Shown here piece after piece: positions 13,660 through 27,712 of a stretch of DNA of 64,000 nt. A program made the translations under genes and the position numbers. The notes beneath the pieces were generated by a model. The model worked only from the letters and a program-made list of their open reading frames with translations, was not told where the DNA came from and ran no database searches. The stretch's first letter is position 1; every line of letters begins with the position of its first letter. Origin of the DNA: Moniliella sp. 'wahieum'. Lineage: Eukaryota. Where the stretch lies: positions 1 to 64,000 of the forward strand of contig RSEE01000122.1 in the NCBI GenBank assembly GCA_003971905.1, read 5' to 3'.

Positions 13660-15680
13660 GTTGAAGAAGTTGAGGGAGGGAGGGCAGTGGGGATGGTGGG
13701 AGATACAGGGATCTTTTCACCCTTGAGCGTCAAGGTATATATCCTTCCACAACAGGCTTCAGTACCTGAGTACTCCTGAGCTACTCATGGCTGTCGCTTG
13801 GCTTGGGGTAACTGGATATGGGCCAGCGGGAAGCGCAGGATGAGTCTGAAGCTTCATCATGTGCGCGCCGTCATCATCGGCTGCGAGGACAAGCGGGGCC
13901 AGAGCGCACTGACAGAATGACCAAACTGTTTTGGAGAGAAAAGCATTCGTCCGCGCACACGAAGAACACAAGTCGGTTCCATCTGATTGGCAGAGTTATT
14001 CGCACAAGAGGGACATCTTTGCTCGTCTTGGCGCTTTCCGTTATGCTGGAGGGGATGGTGGTATGGGGCGTGTATGTGCTTGGGTGTGCTGACTGTGAAG
14101 GCTGCCCGGCCAGTGGGCTACAATATTATTATGGGGGTGGCACTATATGCCGTACCCGCTCGGACTCTCTCCCAAGCTTGGCAAAAGGTGAGAGAGTGAA
14201 ACCAGGGCTTGGTGTGCCCCAATGCCCAGTGGATTTAGCCGTTGTTTCTTAGCAACTACAGAAGAGGATATGCGGGCCGGAAACCACTTTGACCACACCA
14301 ATCGCACCGGGTGACATCCCTTGCCACAGCATGGAGACTCATCCCGGCCTTCTCACATTCCTCATCATGTACTCTCTGTCTCGTCCTCTTCTCAGAGCCT
14401 CTCGCCGAAACGAGTCTCACACCGAGAGGGAACAATTCACGTTTTATTCAGGCGTCGCCCATCACATCATCTGCTCTCCAGCCTGTGTACGATGCGATGT
14501 TCGTGAGGGCAGTTCACATGCACACTCTTGCCGAATTTGGTGATGCGTTTCCTCAGACACCCGCACGAATGAGGCCTGAGGCTCAGGCCTGAGGGTTAAT
14601 TGAACGGCCACGTTATAGTACAGACGGGAGAGGCCCATCAGTAATACCATAGAGTGCAGGGGATAGAGAGACACAGTAAACGGGCGCGTGACGATCCAGC
14701 GTGTACTTTCGGGACACCCTCCATATCAACCCTATACCGAAACTGGCTGACGCAAGAACGCGTACGAGAATGACAAAGGTCCACCTGGCCCTCGAGAGCT
14801 ACTACTGTAGTCTCATCGAGAGATTAGCCCCTGTCGAGGCGGAGACGGGTTCCTGTGCCTGTGAATAAGGTACCAGGCACACTGTTGCAGACGCAGTAAC
14901 TAGCTAGTAACTACCCCCTCCACCGTTCCGGCTAGAGTATGAGATCCAGTGAGATGAGTCTGAAACGGACATGTGTAGGGTGAAGCCGGTGAAGGTTCTG
15001 ATACAAGAGGGGAAGGGGCTAATACAGAGGGCGTTACAACAAAAAGCTTGGCATTCTTTCCGTCGACACGTGTATTGGGGCTGACAGTTGGTTGTTACCA
15101 ACAGGATCTACAAAAAGGGGCAAGAAAAGAAGCTACCTGCTTTTATCCGCTTTTGTACCACAATCTGATCCATCTGATGGGATTGGTCTAAGATCTAAAA
15201 CCTCTCGAAATATACCCTGCCAAGAGTGTGTCATCCGTGTGGTGATGATCGAGTGATTCCTGCCAGCCTCGGCACCACTTCTCCCACTGCTTGCGATCGG
15301 CCCTGCGCGCCACGCACAGGTGATCTGTGAGCCTTCACCACCACCTCGTCCTTCCTGTGTTCTATAGACCACCACCGCCTCGCTTTCACTTTTGCAGTGT
15401 GCATATATTCCCTGTTCTGTATCAGCCAGCCCCCACTACTTGAACTTGCACGTAGAGAGCTGCTGATGGTGGCGGTGCGCTTAGACCCTCATTCAAACGG
15501 GAGAGGCCCACAGTGGTAGCAGCCTGTGGGACGGTACATTTCCACCACGACCCCTGTAGGTTGGGATCTTCGCCTTCATGCCAGTCCACATTCAATCTGG
15601 CCCGCGAGCATGCAACATGGAGGACCCTAGGTTTCCCTATTCCATTTCCCCCAAGGGCCAGTCATTGTCGGGTAGCATTC

Positions 15681-16600
15681 CTAATTCAATATCGTTCCGA
15701 GCTTCACCATAGCTTCACCGTGCAATGGACTCGGTGTGCATTCACAGGAGCACCGCAAAGCGCTACAGCAGTACCTCCTCCAATTGGCTGGCCCATTGGC
15801 CAAACGCCGCTTCGCCTGCTTCTGCTCGAGCGTAAACACATCCGCCTCCTCTGCCGCCTGCCGCGCCGCCATCTCCGCCGCCTGTGCACGCATGTGCGCC
15901 ACCACCACCTCGCGCTCCGTCTTGGCCAACGACAAGACATTGTGCACCGCCTGCCCAGCACCGGCGACGCGTACAGCTGGCCCAGCCCACGTAATCGCTC
16001 CCGACTTTCATTCGCCCATGCTGCTTCCAGCCCGCCGTGGCGAGAAGGAAATTGCGCGGCGGCTATACCGTTGGGGTTCTGGCTCGCCCCCCCCAGGCTC
16101 CCACTTTGCGCGACCTGCCGCAGGCGCGGACGGGCGCGTGGGCGGAGGGCCAGGAGGAGGACCAGGGGGAGGACCGGGCGGTGGGCCGGGGGGAGGCCGA
16201 CGTCGGGGATCGGGACCACCACCTTGGTCCGAGCGGGAGCGCCGACTCGCCCCAGTTGATGTAGTAGATGTGGATGTAGATGTCGGGGTGGAGCGGTGGG
16301 GCACGAGCTCCCGTGCCCTCAGACCGACGGCCCCAGCGAGACCGATGTTCTCGTCCCGTCTAGGACTGCGGTCTCTCCGTCGCTCGTCGTACCTGGGACG
16401 CGGCTCCGTCTCGGCGGGGACTGCGCGGGGACTCCGCTCTCCTCCGCTCCTCGTCGTCGCGTCGAGGACTGCGCTCGCGCCGCTCCTCGCCCCAAGCACG
16501 GGAAGGGCGTCGCGCGGATCGTTCCGGTTGGGTGAGGATGCGCGTGGTGGCGCGGGGGGTCACGAGGCGGGCCCCAGGGTCGACGCGGGGGCGGGTCCAT
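15681..16600 (-). CDS. Hypothetical Arg/Ser/Pro-rich protein with a C-terminal helical segment; frameshifted
   Basis: GC-rich coding-like segment: RRRDRSPRRDE, PPPG repeats, then AKTEREVVVAHMRAQAAEMAARQAAEEADVFTLEQKQAKRR; no family recognised. Confidence 0.45.
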
Positions 16601-17047
16601 GGGGGTGATGGTTGTGGATGAGGACTTGGGACTGGCGCTGGACCGAGCTGGAGGACCTGGGCCGCCTCGCAAATACGCGGAATTCCGCCCGAGGAATCCT
16701 TACGTATGCCAGGCAGCTTCCACGTCAACGTCAACGTTCAACATTCAATTTGCCAGTACGTAACATTGGTCGTGTGTTCAATGTGCAATCATCACTGCGT
16801 TGAAACGTTCAATGCAGAACCCGATTGGGAAATGGACCAACCGGGCTGAGTGATGGCGGCGACCGGCGGCAGACGGATAGATATATGGGGCGCGGGAAGC
16901 AGCACCTGCTGGCCCCGTCCGTCGGCTGGCTCTTCGTGCTGGGTGCTAGCCACCCGTATTCCATCCCTCTGTCCTCCTCCTGCCTCTCCGTGTCCCCCCC
17001 CGAGCCATGCAGTGGAAAAGATGCAGTCGCGGGCGCCGTGGGCGCGA

Positions 17048-20000
17048 TTAAAACGTTTGCCACCCGCCCGAATCGGGGTGGCTTCAATCTTGCGCGCTAC
17101 CAAGTTGGGCAGGCCATGGAGCAGCCACTGCCGCCGCAGCTCGTCGTACCGTTCCGGTGGAGATGCTGCGGGCGTCCCTTGCACAGCCCAATGTCCACCT
17201 CGCCATGCGAATCCAGGTAGGGCGAAAAGGTAAACGTGCCATGTTCCTCGCACAGGACCAGAATCACATTCGTCTTGAGTTTGAAGAACAGGCCCACCGA
17301 CCCACACTCGTCCCGGTGCACGTTGCACTCGCCTCGCCCTTCGTCCGACTGGCAGCAAAACGACTGGTAGCATACCACCTCGCCACACACAGCAGACATA
17401 CCGCCGGGTCCGCAGGCACGTCGCCGCACCGCGCACACGGCCGCAGCTGCGTTCTGCAGCAACGTCGCCATGTCCGTCGGCAGGTCCACCAGCTCGTACA
17501 CACCGGGTGCTCGAGGAGCAGGATGGGCTGCTGTGGCATTCTTTCGCTCGGCAGTTGGATAGGCAAAGGCTGGAAGAGCGAAACAAAGGGCACATACGCA
17601 TGCTTGATCCAGCCATCAATGATGCCCACCAAACTGGTCTGTCGACCCGAGCGTGCAGGCAGTGCCGAACTGGGCAACTCAATGTCGAGGTGGTGCATCA
17701 GACGAAGGTACTCGGATTGGGATGCTTCTGGATCGGTCGAGCCAGAATCCCGAACGGGTCCGGGACCAAATACGGCAGAACGTAGCAGCGCGGCGCGGCG
17801 CAAGAAGGGCAATGTGTGGGTGCAGAGCAACTTGGCCAACGTATCGTCCTCCAACCGGTCCACACCGAGGGAAATGTTGCCGCGTTCGTAGCCGACGAGG
17901 CGATGATGTTGGCCACGGTCCAGCGTACGTCGGGGAAGATTGACGTGCGGTTTGGAGGTCACAGGGGTCAATCCCTGCCTCGCCACGACGGAAGAGGGAG
18001 CGGTAGGCGTCCCCCGAGGGCGGCCAGAGACTGGGCTGAGCCAAGCCAAAGACGAGCTGGACAAGGGCTACATAGAACATGAGGGAAATGATGTGGTCCA
18101 GCTCGGCGGGCATCACAGCAGCTGCTTCAATCAGAATGCTAACCGGATCCCGTAGGATGAGAGGCGACCGCACGGCCTCATCCACCGTCCAATGGGGCAA
18201 AAGACGCTTGAGTAACCCTTGTCGGATCACGTCCGCTCCGCCCTCGACGGAAAGGTGCATTCGTAACCGCAAAGTGTGCAGCAAGCCCTAAAAGGTGCGA
18301 GGTAGCATCGTTCAGCGTCTCGACCACCGTCGTCCTCGTTGCCCGTCCGTGAAGCAACTTCCAACATGGACAAGGTGTATCCCACCACGTCCTGCGGTAG
18401 GTAGATCTTTCGACTGGGAAGAGCCAGGATGGTACGTTCCTGCATCCGACCCATCATGCCTTTCATCTCCTCGGCCTGCAGGTGACCACTTTCTGAAACC
18501 GCTCCAAGGTGCCATCCATAGCCTCCTCCCACAGCCCCACCTTACCCACCGACGCAAGCGTGGGGACCGCAGGGGTTTCCGAGGCATACCAGGGGTAAAC
18601 GTGCCTGACCCACTTGATTTCTGGACATTGCCCTCACCCCGCCAGCGTAGCACATCAATGTTGACCTTGCGAATCCAGTCCGGTAGGGATCGCCGGTCAG
18701 GCGTGCACGCAGGTTCCACGAGCGAGGCGGACCGATGCGAGTCGGGCAGAGGGAGAAGTGTGTTGCCCAACGCCTTGCACAGCGGACACACCACCTCCAG
18801 CCGGTCCACATTTTCGGGAAGGCGCCTACCGTGTCCTGTGGCGCGGGCTTGGGCGTACGAGGCAAAGCACACGCTGTGCATCATGTGTCCACAGGTACTG
18901 CATACAGTCCAGGCCGATTGAACGAAGGGGGAAAGCGCCTTTTGGACGGAAGGGTCGGGGTGGTCCCAGGTTGAGAAGTTGGACGGGTGCCTCGTACGCG
19001 AGGAACGCCTTTCTCCCCTGCCGGCCCATCCCCACGGTCAAGCGTAAGTGGGGCAGCTACACTCTGCGCCAGACCTTCAAGATCCGTGTTGGGAAGGATG
19101 CGCATGCGGCTCTGCTGGATATGAACCAACATCCCAAACGGTTCGGCCGGCGTCAGTCCCTCTTGACACAAGATGCACGAGCCATGTTTCAGCGTCACCT
19201 CATCGTCCGTTTGCAAGAGTTCAGGACCCTTGGCCTCGACGGGTGGCACGTCCTCCGTGGGGGTGGCGGAAGGCCCCGTTTCTTCCTCATCCAAGGTCCG
19301 CAGCAAATTCTTCTGTTGCTGTGAAAACTTCTTCATAATCGCTGCTTGGCGCGAGCGGGCAGCCGCCCGGCGGGCCTCCAAGCGCTTCGCCTCCTTATCC
19401 TCTTCACTAGGGGGGCACGCAACGTCTTGCCCTCCGAATGGAAAATGTGAGTGAGACGGTCGAGACCACCATGATCGTGAGCGAGTTGGACTGCTGCTCC
19501 AAAACAAAGTTGATCTTGCCTCGAACGCTTGATGCTCGCTCGCTCTTCTCTAGTCGGCACAGAAGCAGGAGCAAACTTGCCCCACTCGCAAGAGGGTCCA
19601 TCAGCTTCTGCACAAACACAGGCCCCTGTGTCACCATACCCGCAGAAACGAGTTGGAGTAACGAATCCAGTAGCGACTCTGGTACGTCCTCCTCCAATTT
19701 GTTCACAGCCAACAGGGTCCCCTCTAACGCTAGTAGAAACTGTTCGAGACGAAAATGGCGTGGAAGGCAGGTTGGTCAAAGAGGGTGCCCGGGACGATTT
19801 TGGGCATACGCGCGGCCCAGACAGACAAGGGATTGACGCCATCATCGAGTTTGCCGCCGTGAGAGTTGGCAGCGACAAAACGAGCAAGTAGAATTTCTTC
19901 GACTTTCTCGCGTTGGTTGCGCGTGTAGTGGCGACAGTAAGGGTGCACCTCCTTGTAGCACCCATCCTTTAGTGCATAGTGGCCTTGTCCTGTCGCGCCA

Positions 20001-23000
20001 TCCGGGGATGGAAGTCACTCACATCAGCCAGCACGCGGTCAAAGCACGCTGCCTCCCCGAGTCGCGTGAGACCTGGTCTTTGAGGTCGGTAAAGGTAGTG
20101 GGACCAAAGGCAAGGAAATGGACAATCTCGTATCGCACCACCTCCTCCATGGACCAACCGCCACAGAGGGACGTGTCCATAAGCAGGTGTACCAGCAACA
20201 GCACGCCTCGTCCAGCATTGCTACTTTTTCCCCGCTCTCCTCTCCGTTCCTGAGAAGAGGAAGCACACCGAACCGATCCACAGAGTGACGAACCAGAGCT
20301 CGGGCGAGGGCAACAGGAAGCCAACCTGCAACAGATACACTCGTGATCGTAAAGGATATCGCGCATCTGGCTTCCGCGATAATGATGCGCTTGCGAACGG
20401 AGTGCAAACCCATTTCGCACCCACATCCCCGAACGGACCTGGGCCAGCTTGACTGCAACCCTAAGCGGGATCTCGAGGGAAGCCAAAGCATACGCCTCTC
20501 CGCCCTCGTGAGCGGGGATGAGACTTTGTCGCAAAGCGGTGAGGGAGAGGGCGCGTGTGGCGTAGCAGCTCGGCTAGGGCCCATGCAGAGGGTGATGAAA
20601 TGAGACGGGTTGGGAGGCCACATCAAAAGCAATCACATGGAACGTTTCCTTTCCGAGGACAAACCGAGTGCCACTGCCACGGCCCATACGGCTTCACGGC
20701 CTGCGCCCGTCCCACCCACCTGGGCGGCCCGGAGGCACATCTGGATGACACTCTGAACATTTTTGGAGCTGGTCAGATGAGGCGAATCGGAACGCTTCTC
20801 CGATCAGTTTGGTCATCCGACCCAGGTGCGACGAGATGTGAATAGAGCAATCCACTCGTCCGACTCGTATTCGAGATGCTGTCCTGTCTGACGTGTGGTC
20901 TGGCGCGATTCCTTCAAAATAGGCAAGGAACGTGAGAAGACAGTGAGGTGGCGGGTCTTGGCCAGGAGACGCTGTACCACCCCCTCGGCCTGAGGATATA
21001 GCGCAAGTCATAGAAAGTGGGTAGCACGTTCCGATGGAAATAGTGCCGTCATCGTCGTTTCCCTCGGGGAAGGATCACGTTGGTTTGACCTGGCTTGAGC
21101 ACCAGCAGCGCCCGAAGAAGATCAGCAATCTTGGCAAGAAAGTTTGCTCCCGGACCAGATAGGTGGCCACCGAGGGAACACTGAATACCTGCACCGTCAT
21201 GCTCGAAATGGATTGGTCCTCCCTGTCTCGGAGATATGAACGTCTCGACCATACTTGCATACATAGCGGAAAAGCGGAGAGCTACACATACGTCAGCCAC
21301 TGGATAAAAGGCAAGAGGAAAGGGGGACATACCAATCTGTTTCTTGGTATCCTTAAACCCAATGCAAAGCAAAAGCAGGTCTTGCAATTCGATGCGAGCC
21401 TGCTTCGGCAACTTGTTTCCAAAAGCAGGAGCCCATCAAGTTTGACCAAGTCGCTTGGATCAAAGAATTGTGGGGACATCTGTGGGTGAGAGATAGAGTA
21501 GAGGTGTTGCCACGGCTGCATTAGCTGTTCGTCACAAGTGTTCTCAGGACCATGGGTGCCGGAATCATGCCAGGGAGAAAGAAGGGCTGCGCTACACATG
21601 TCCTTCAAATGCCGCCAGAGCAGGAACGCAACATCTTCACCGAAAACGTCATATGCCGGCCGGATAGAGACGCCCAAAGTCGATACGGGCAAAACCGCAA
21701 GCTGCAAGTAGTAGGTCAGGGACGGAGGTGGAAGTGACCAGCGCATCTCGTCCATACCGATCCACACGCTCCGCCACGCCTTTTGCCTCGCTGGTCGACC
21801 TACCCATGGTATGGGAGACGGTACGAATGACGGTGGGGAAATCATGGTTCTCGTCGTTCCACAACAAAAGAGTAAAGAAACGGCTTTTCTCCTCGCCCCA
21901 ATTCGCAGAGGAAGCAGCAGAGGTAGCTTCTTTCCTCCAAATCCCTAATTCCCTGGGTGCCCTCATACGGGGAAGGCGTCCAAGGGACTGCTGCAGCAAG
22001 ACCAGGGCTTCGTACGGGTCGGTACGCACCTCCCGTGTTTGCGCCTCAGCGTCGGCCACCCATTCGGGTTCAACCCCCCACTCGGGATCGACTACCCATT
22101 CCGGGTCGGCTTGGTCTTCAAACCCTCCCACTCCATATCGCTAGCGTCCGGAGAGATGTCAAGGGATCTCTCATGTTGTAGAAGAAGTCGGACCCGCTGC
22201 GAGGAGGCGAGAGCGCAGGATCCGGGTCTGGGGCCGGGGAAGGGGAAGGGGCACTGGCTTGGGCGGGGGGTTGGGAGGGGAGCGCAGTCCGTTCCACTGC
22301 CTCGTTCCCAGCAGGGTTGGTAAACGACAGAGCCGGAACTGGGTCAAAGGGATCAAGGCTGGGCATGCGGGACAGGACCCGGACGGCGCGCACTTGGGGC
22401 AAGTCAAGGGTGGTTGGGGCGTGTTCGAGAGTGTCGAGAATCAGGTCGAGCATGGCGGCAATATGAGTCTGGAATGCAGCAAGAACGGGGGCGGGCATTC
22501 CCTGGAGAAGATCGGAGAGGTCGCGTTCCTGGGCTTCTGGTGGGTCGGCCTGTTCAGGAGAGGGGGAATGGTAGGTACAGCCAACAGGGAGTTTCCACGC
22601 CTCGGCGTCGCCACAATCACAACAGCCATCACCGCCCTGGGAGATGGAGAAGACAATGTCGTGGCCCACGTGGTTGCTGGCCGAAAAGCAGGGAGCACAT
22701 TGCACATGTGTCATCGTGGCCGCAGTCGCGGCAGCGGTAGAAGGCTTCGCCCCGGCGAAAAATGTGGCCACAGGGGGTGCCCTTGCGGTCAGGGCTGTAC
22801 TCAGCGCCGAGCGGAACACCGCCGGCGGGCGCAACCGAGGCAGCGACGGCCTTCTGGGCCCCCTCTAAGCTCCATCCATGGGCGGAAAGCATGTCAAGGC
22901 AGGCGTCGGCCGAGGCTGGCGCAGCGGGGCTGGGCGGGAAGAGGAACTGGGCGGGGTTGCCGAACGGCTCGATGGCACGGACGAGGTGGGTCCAGAGCGC

Positions 23001-23263
23001 CTCGGCCATTGCTTCGGGCGCGGGGGCACGAAGTCCGAGGGGGCACGGCGGGGAGGAGCGGCGGCGGCGGAGGCGGGGGCAGCGGGGATGGGCTGTGCGA
23101 GCGGATGGGAGGGCAGATAGGCGGCGAGAAAGGCGGGCAGGCTGGGCCACCGCACGTGGCCGTCGGGCTGCGTGCGCACCCGCTGGGCCGCGAGCGGCGC
23201 CCACACCTGCGCCCGGCCCGTCTGCGCTCCGCCGGCAACAAGCACGCGTTGGCCCGCCGTCAT
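17048..23263 (-). CDS. UBR1: E3 ubiquitin ligase Ubr1 (N-recognin); many indels, at least one intron (~21283-21332)
   Basis: UBR box CGHIFRRGEAFYRCRDCGHDDTC..CF..NHVGH..GCCDCGDAEAWK; ClpS-like LLWNDENHDFPTVI; RING-H2 CILCQE...GHMMHSVCF...CPLCKALGN; C-terminal SPYLDSHGEVDIGL...GGWQTF then stop. Confidence 0.93.
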
Positions 23264-23538
23264 GGAGAGAGCAGGTGGGTGGGGGAGAGGCGGGGGGGGT
23301 GGGATGGAATGCGATCGACACGGGTGCGATCGAATCAGGTGGTGGTGGACGCGGCGCATGTGCTGTGGATCCCCGATAGCCGTTTCACACACACTCGTCC
23401 ACACTTCAAGCTTCAGCGCCTCGCGCCCTGCCGCCGCCCCGTCAGCCGCCTCTTACCTAAGCGGTGCCCCGCCCGCACCACCCACCGGCCGCCTCCCCCC
23501 GCCCCCCCCCCCACCGCCCCCACCACCATCCGCCCCCC

Positions 23539-24469
23539 ATGGCCACCCCCGTGCTGGCCGCTGCCACCCCCTCCGCCCTGCGTCCAACGCCCGCCACAGC
23601 CGACAGCGCCGGCATCGTCACCTTCTTCGCCGCCGATGCCAGTCTGCCATCGACACAAACCGCCGATGCAACGCTCCTCTCGCTCCTCCTCGCCGAGCTC
23701 CCGGCCGCTCTGCGCCAGTCCACCATCGCCGCCTCCGACCGTGTCGCCCATCACACTGACCAGCTCCGAGAGGCTGGCTTCCACCACACCCTCGCAGACC
23801 CACCCGATATGGAGGTGCAGACGCTAGCTCGCCTCGACAAACTCGGCGCCCATGTTGGCGCAAACACGGCTGAGCGGTACGTGACCCTCCCCCCCTTCTT
23901 CCCCACACGCTTACCCTTCCCTCCATGGCAGACTCTGTGCGCTTCGCCCTCCTTTTGGAAGTGTGCTCGAGGTACTCAAGTTTGTCTGCAAGGATATGTG
24001 GATCCACCTCTGGGAACGACAGGTGGATAACTTGCGTACCAACCATCGCGTACGTCCCCCCCTCCCCCTGTCCATGTCCCGCGCTCCCAATTCCTGGTGC
24101 CACTCCTCCTTGCTAACATACATGATCCAGGGTGTGTATGCTCTCCAAGTCAACCAATTTGTCCTCCTCCGCTTTCTCGGCGTCTCCTCTGGCAATGCCT
24201 TTGCCCGTCTCGCTCGGCCCCAACTTGCCTGGGCCGCGGGCGTGGTACGCGGCGCCCTAGGCCGACTCGGCGTGCCAGCTACGGTGACGGTGGATGTACT
24301 TCCTCTCCCTCCGCCCGGCGAAGAAACTGCGCCGCTGGGACACAACAAATTCCTCCCGCCCGTCCTGTTCAATGTCAAGACGTTCCCCTCTCATCCTGCG
24401 CCTGCTCCTACCGTGACCCGCGCCTCTTCCACTGCCACCTCGACACGGCCTTCCGTCCTCTCCCCTTGA
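23539..24469 (+). CDS. TRS33: TRAPP complex subunit Trs33/TRAPPC6; introns ~23877-23930 and ~24049-24130
   Basis: RLDKLGAHVG, LEVLKFVCKDMW..LWERQVDNLRTNHR|GVYALQ, GVVRGALGRLG. Confidence 0.9.
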
Positions 24470-25026
24470 CTTTCCCTTGCGCACTTTGTACCCCTCTACC
24501 CTCTGTTTTCTCGTGCACATGCCCCGCAACATGTCCAGCTAACTCTCTCGGTCTGGTATGCGTGCCGTTACCTGTTAGGAAGAACTATCACCTACGGCCT
24601 ATGATAGAAGTAGGAAGCCGATCGGAACGAGGAGAGGACAGTACCTTACAGCATATACTCAGAGTAATCCATTGCACCCTTTTTTCCAGCTGGGTAATCA
24701 TCTCCCCTTCCTTCCCCCCTGCCTATTGATTGGCCTGTATTAATGGTGGCCATTTCGACGGTTCTCTCGACTCGCTTCTTAGCCCACGAGCTCATGGATC
24801 CGTTTTTCTTCTACACATGTGCCGTGTACCTAACAACTAGCCTACGCACTACGCACCGCATATGCTCATCGGTGAGACTCAGCTCGCCCAATCGTCGCCC
24901 AATTCGTCCGGCCCTCCCGGTTCGCCCGTTTGCCCGGTTTGTCCATTCGGCTGAGCCACGCTCCACGCGTTTACACATTATGCGTTACGCCCACAGAGCG
25001 CCGAGCCTTTCCTGTCGCCTTGGTGT

Positions 25027-25050
25027 TCAACGTTCAACGTTCAACGTTCA
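25027..25050. repeat. Heptamer array (TCA-ACGT)x3-TCA
   Basis: Read directly. Confidence 0.9.
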
Positions 25051-26153
25051 TACCCACAAGGAAATGTGCCAACGTGAGCTTACAAAAGAGAGTGGAGTAG
25101 GTCTATAACTGTCAATGATGCAGTCCCTTTTCCCCTTTTCCGCGTGCAGTCAGTCGGTGGTGCACGCATGGCTGCCAAGACGTGTCACATGATGTGTATG
25201 ATGCTTGAAGCTTGACATGACATATGACAGGAGACTGCCTCGTGGCTGAACAAGGAAGAGTGTCCTGAGTTGTATTACCGAATCTCGTAGTGCGGACGAG
25301 GGAGAACAGGGGGGGGGTCACCTGGGGTAACTCTGTAAAGAGTGTCCTGGGCAGAAAGGAGAAAACCCTGTGTGACATGGAACAGGTACCGGTAAAGCTC
25401 TGCTGCCCCACCGGCCACCCCTCCCCGAGACGCACGCTGCGTTCAGGAATATGTAGCAGGTACCCGGGGTACCGCACTACCCGTACCGGCCCTGCACCGA
25501 TGCCGAGGCGGTCGAGCAGGGCACGAAATAGACGCGTTCCGTTGTCATCAACTGTATGTATACCTTGCAAGAAGCCACACAAGGCCACACACACTACTGG
25601 CACTCCAACAAAAACGAATCGGGTCTTGGGCCCGTTGATTGATCATAGATTATCTCGATCGTCCCCATCGTCGTTACGCGAGTTACATACTCATCGTTGG
25701 CATATTATAGTGGCGAATAGTCAAGATCAAGACAAGGCCGGGGAATGTCAGGGAGGAACAAGACGGAGGGTACGGAACAAATGACCAAAAACGAGAGAGG
25801 AAAACGCGAAAAAGGGAAGAGCAAGTTGCCAAACCGGTCACAGTACTCGAGTACTCATTGAGGGCTCTCTTCCAGCGTTCAGCACGTTCAGCCAACTCCT
25901 ATGATAAAATGCTCAGCGCTCACACACCCGCGCAGTTCGAACAATCCCATTCCACAACCACCCGCTGCCATATTTCTCCGGGCGAGTGGCAAAAAAGGGC
26001 CAGATTGCAGCATTAGATCATGCATCGTGCGAGACCGTCCCATGCACAGATCACAATACATCATGTGTATATCCCACGAGCCGTGCCTCTTCTTAGTCTG
26101 TTGGTGCGCAACTGTGTATATGATCTGATCTAAGACTCCTGTGAGCGCGCGCC

Positions 26154-26184
26154 TGAGGCCTGAAGCTTGAAGCTTGAAGCTTGA
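26154..26184. repeat. Heptamer array TGA-GGCC-(TGA-AGCT)x3-TGA
   Basis: Read directly. Confidence 0.9.
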
Positions 26185-27662
26185 AGCGTGTAGCTTGAAG
26201 CTGGAAGAACTGTGAAACTGCTTACGGTCCAGTGCACGGCTACTGTGAAGAGTGCTAATGTAAATAGCACACAGTAGCAAAATGTTCTCATTCGAGGCAT
26301 GTGGCTGCCGATCCGTCGGTTTTTGCCACCCACGTATACATCGTGTGCATCATACTTCCTCTCAACCTACGTGCCTCATCGAATGAATTGTCCGTCCTGG
26401 CAGTGCCGTGGCATGGCAACCCAATGATCACAGTCACATCTGTGCGTCGGCCCAACCACAGCAGCTCAAAAACGGCATGTGCAATCTGTGGGCGCCAATA
26501 GGGGTCGGCCGGTCCGGTCATCGAAGTCATCGCACATGCTATATGCATCCCTCTGTCTGCTACTGCCATGTCTCGTGCCAAGAGACAGAGGGCAGAGTGG
26601 CTGGAATATGTAACAGAGAGAGGCTGTTATATACGTAACTTGGCCCGAAAAAGCCTACTCCGAGCGAACCAAGGTGGACTGGTGTTGGTTTTGGTGCACC
26701 TAAAAGTTTGTAGCTACTTCCAAGAAGCGTTGGGCGAATATCAATCGCCGTGTAGTAGCACCGGCCAAGAGATGTCGCATGTTTTTACCTTCAGAATCTC
26801 TGAGGCCTTGGTTGGCATGATGCATGAGCCATGATGCATGAGCTCTTGAACCACCACACGCCGAAGAGAGAGTTTGTTTTTCTGTTTGTTCTAGCGTATC
26901 GTTGCCGGTTTGGATTATATGAATGAATCACAAAATATGTAGTGCACCGCCATGCCGTGGTGGCGGTCGTGCTCTTCATCATCGAAATCACAATACCATT
27001 GCCCCTGCCTGCCTTGCCTTCCCAGGGCGGCGCAGTTGTGACCACATTGAATGTGTGCCGCAAGAGCCGAGAAGGATAAGAGACGACCGTAGTAGTCCAT
27101 CAAAGCATGTCATGCACACTTTGAAGTATGCATTCCAATCTATCTCTTCCCCCACGCAAACGGTGAAGAGCATACGTATATTTCTTCTGCATTGGGCCGC
27201 CTGTTAACAGGGTGGATATAGGATAGCTCTGGATGCGGTGGCAAAAAATCGGATACCCGTGGGCCTTGGAAGCCTTTTTGGAACGGAAGAATGACATGTG
27301 AATGTGACGGCGGTGGAGGCGTCCATGGAAGGCCGACACCTCGGGTGGTGGCTTGTGCCCCCACGCCTCCTGGAGCTCGTCGTCCTCGCATGATGCGCAT
27401 GATGCATGATGCACAATGCATGATGTATGAACGCGTGAGCTGCCGAAGCGCCCCCGTGCCTGAGTGGATGGGGCCGACGAGGCTGGCGCCCTGAGGAACT
27501 TCGCATTTCACAATCAAAGCCCATTTACTTCTGTGCCTGCGTTGTGTCTTCTGTGACATTGTGACATGGGGGAGCCATCACATAACTGTGACTTTCGTCA
27601 CGCGTACCAACTGCTCCTAGATCCCAAATCCTACTACTTCTTTCTTTGCTGTTGGCCAGCCT

Positions 27663-27712
27663 ATATACCAGAAGAAGACCACGAAACCATATACCAAAAG
27701 AAGACCACGAAA
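27663..27712. repeat. 24-bp direct repeat ATATACCARAAGAAGACCACGAAA x2 (period 26, one mismatch)
   Basis: Read directly. Confidence 0.85.

Noticed and set aside
22259..23827. Long ORFs antisense to or overlapping real genes (also 49517-51376, 54436-56949, 47126-48397)
   Set aside because: Low-complexity Gly/Arg/Ala/Pro translations, expected as shadows of GC-rich coding DNA; no domains recognised.
1..24469. Pseudogene cluster or programmed frameshifting
   Set aside because: Indels are scattered without consistent slippery sites and affect conserved housekeeping genes with intact motifs; sequencing error is more parsimonious.
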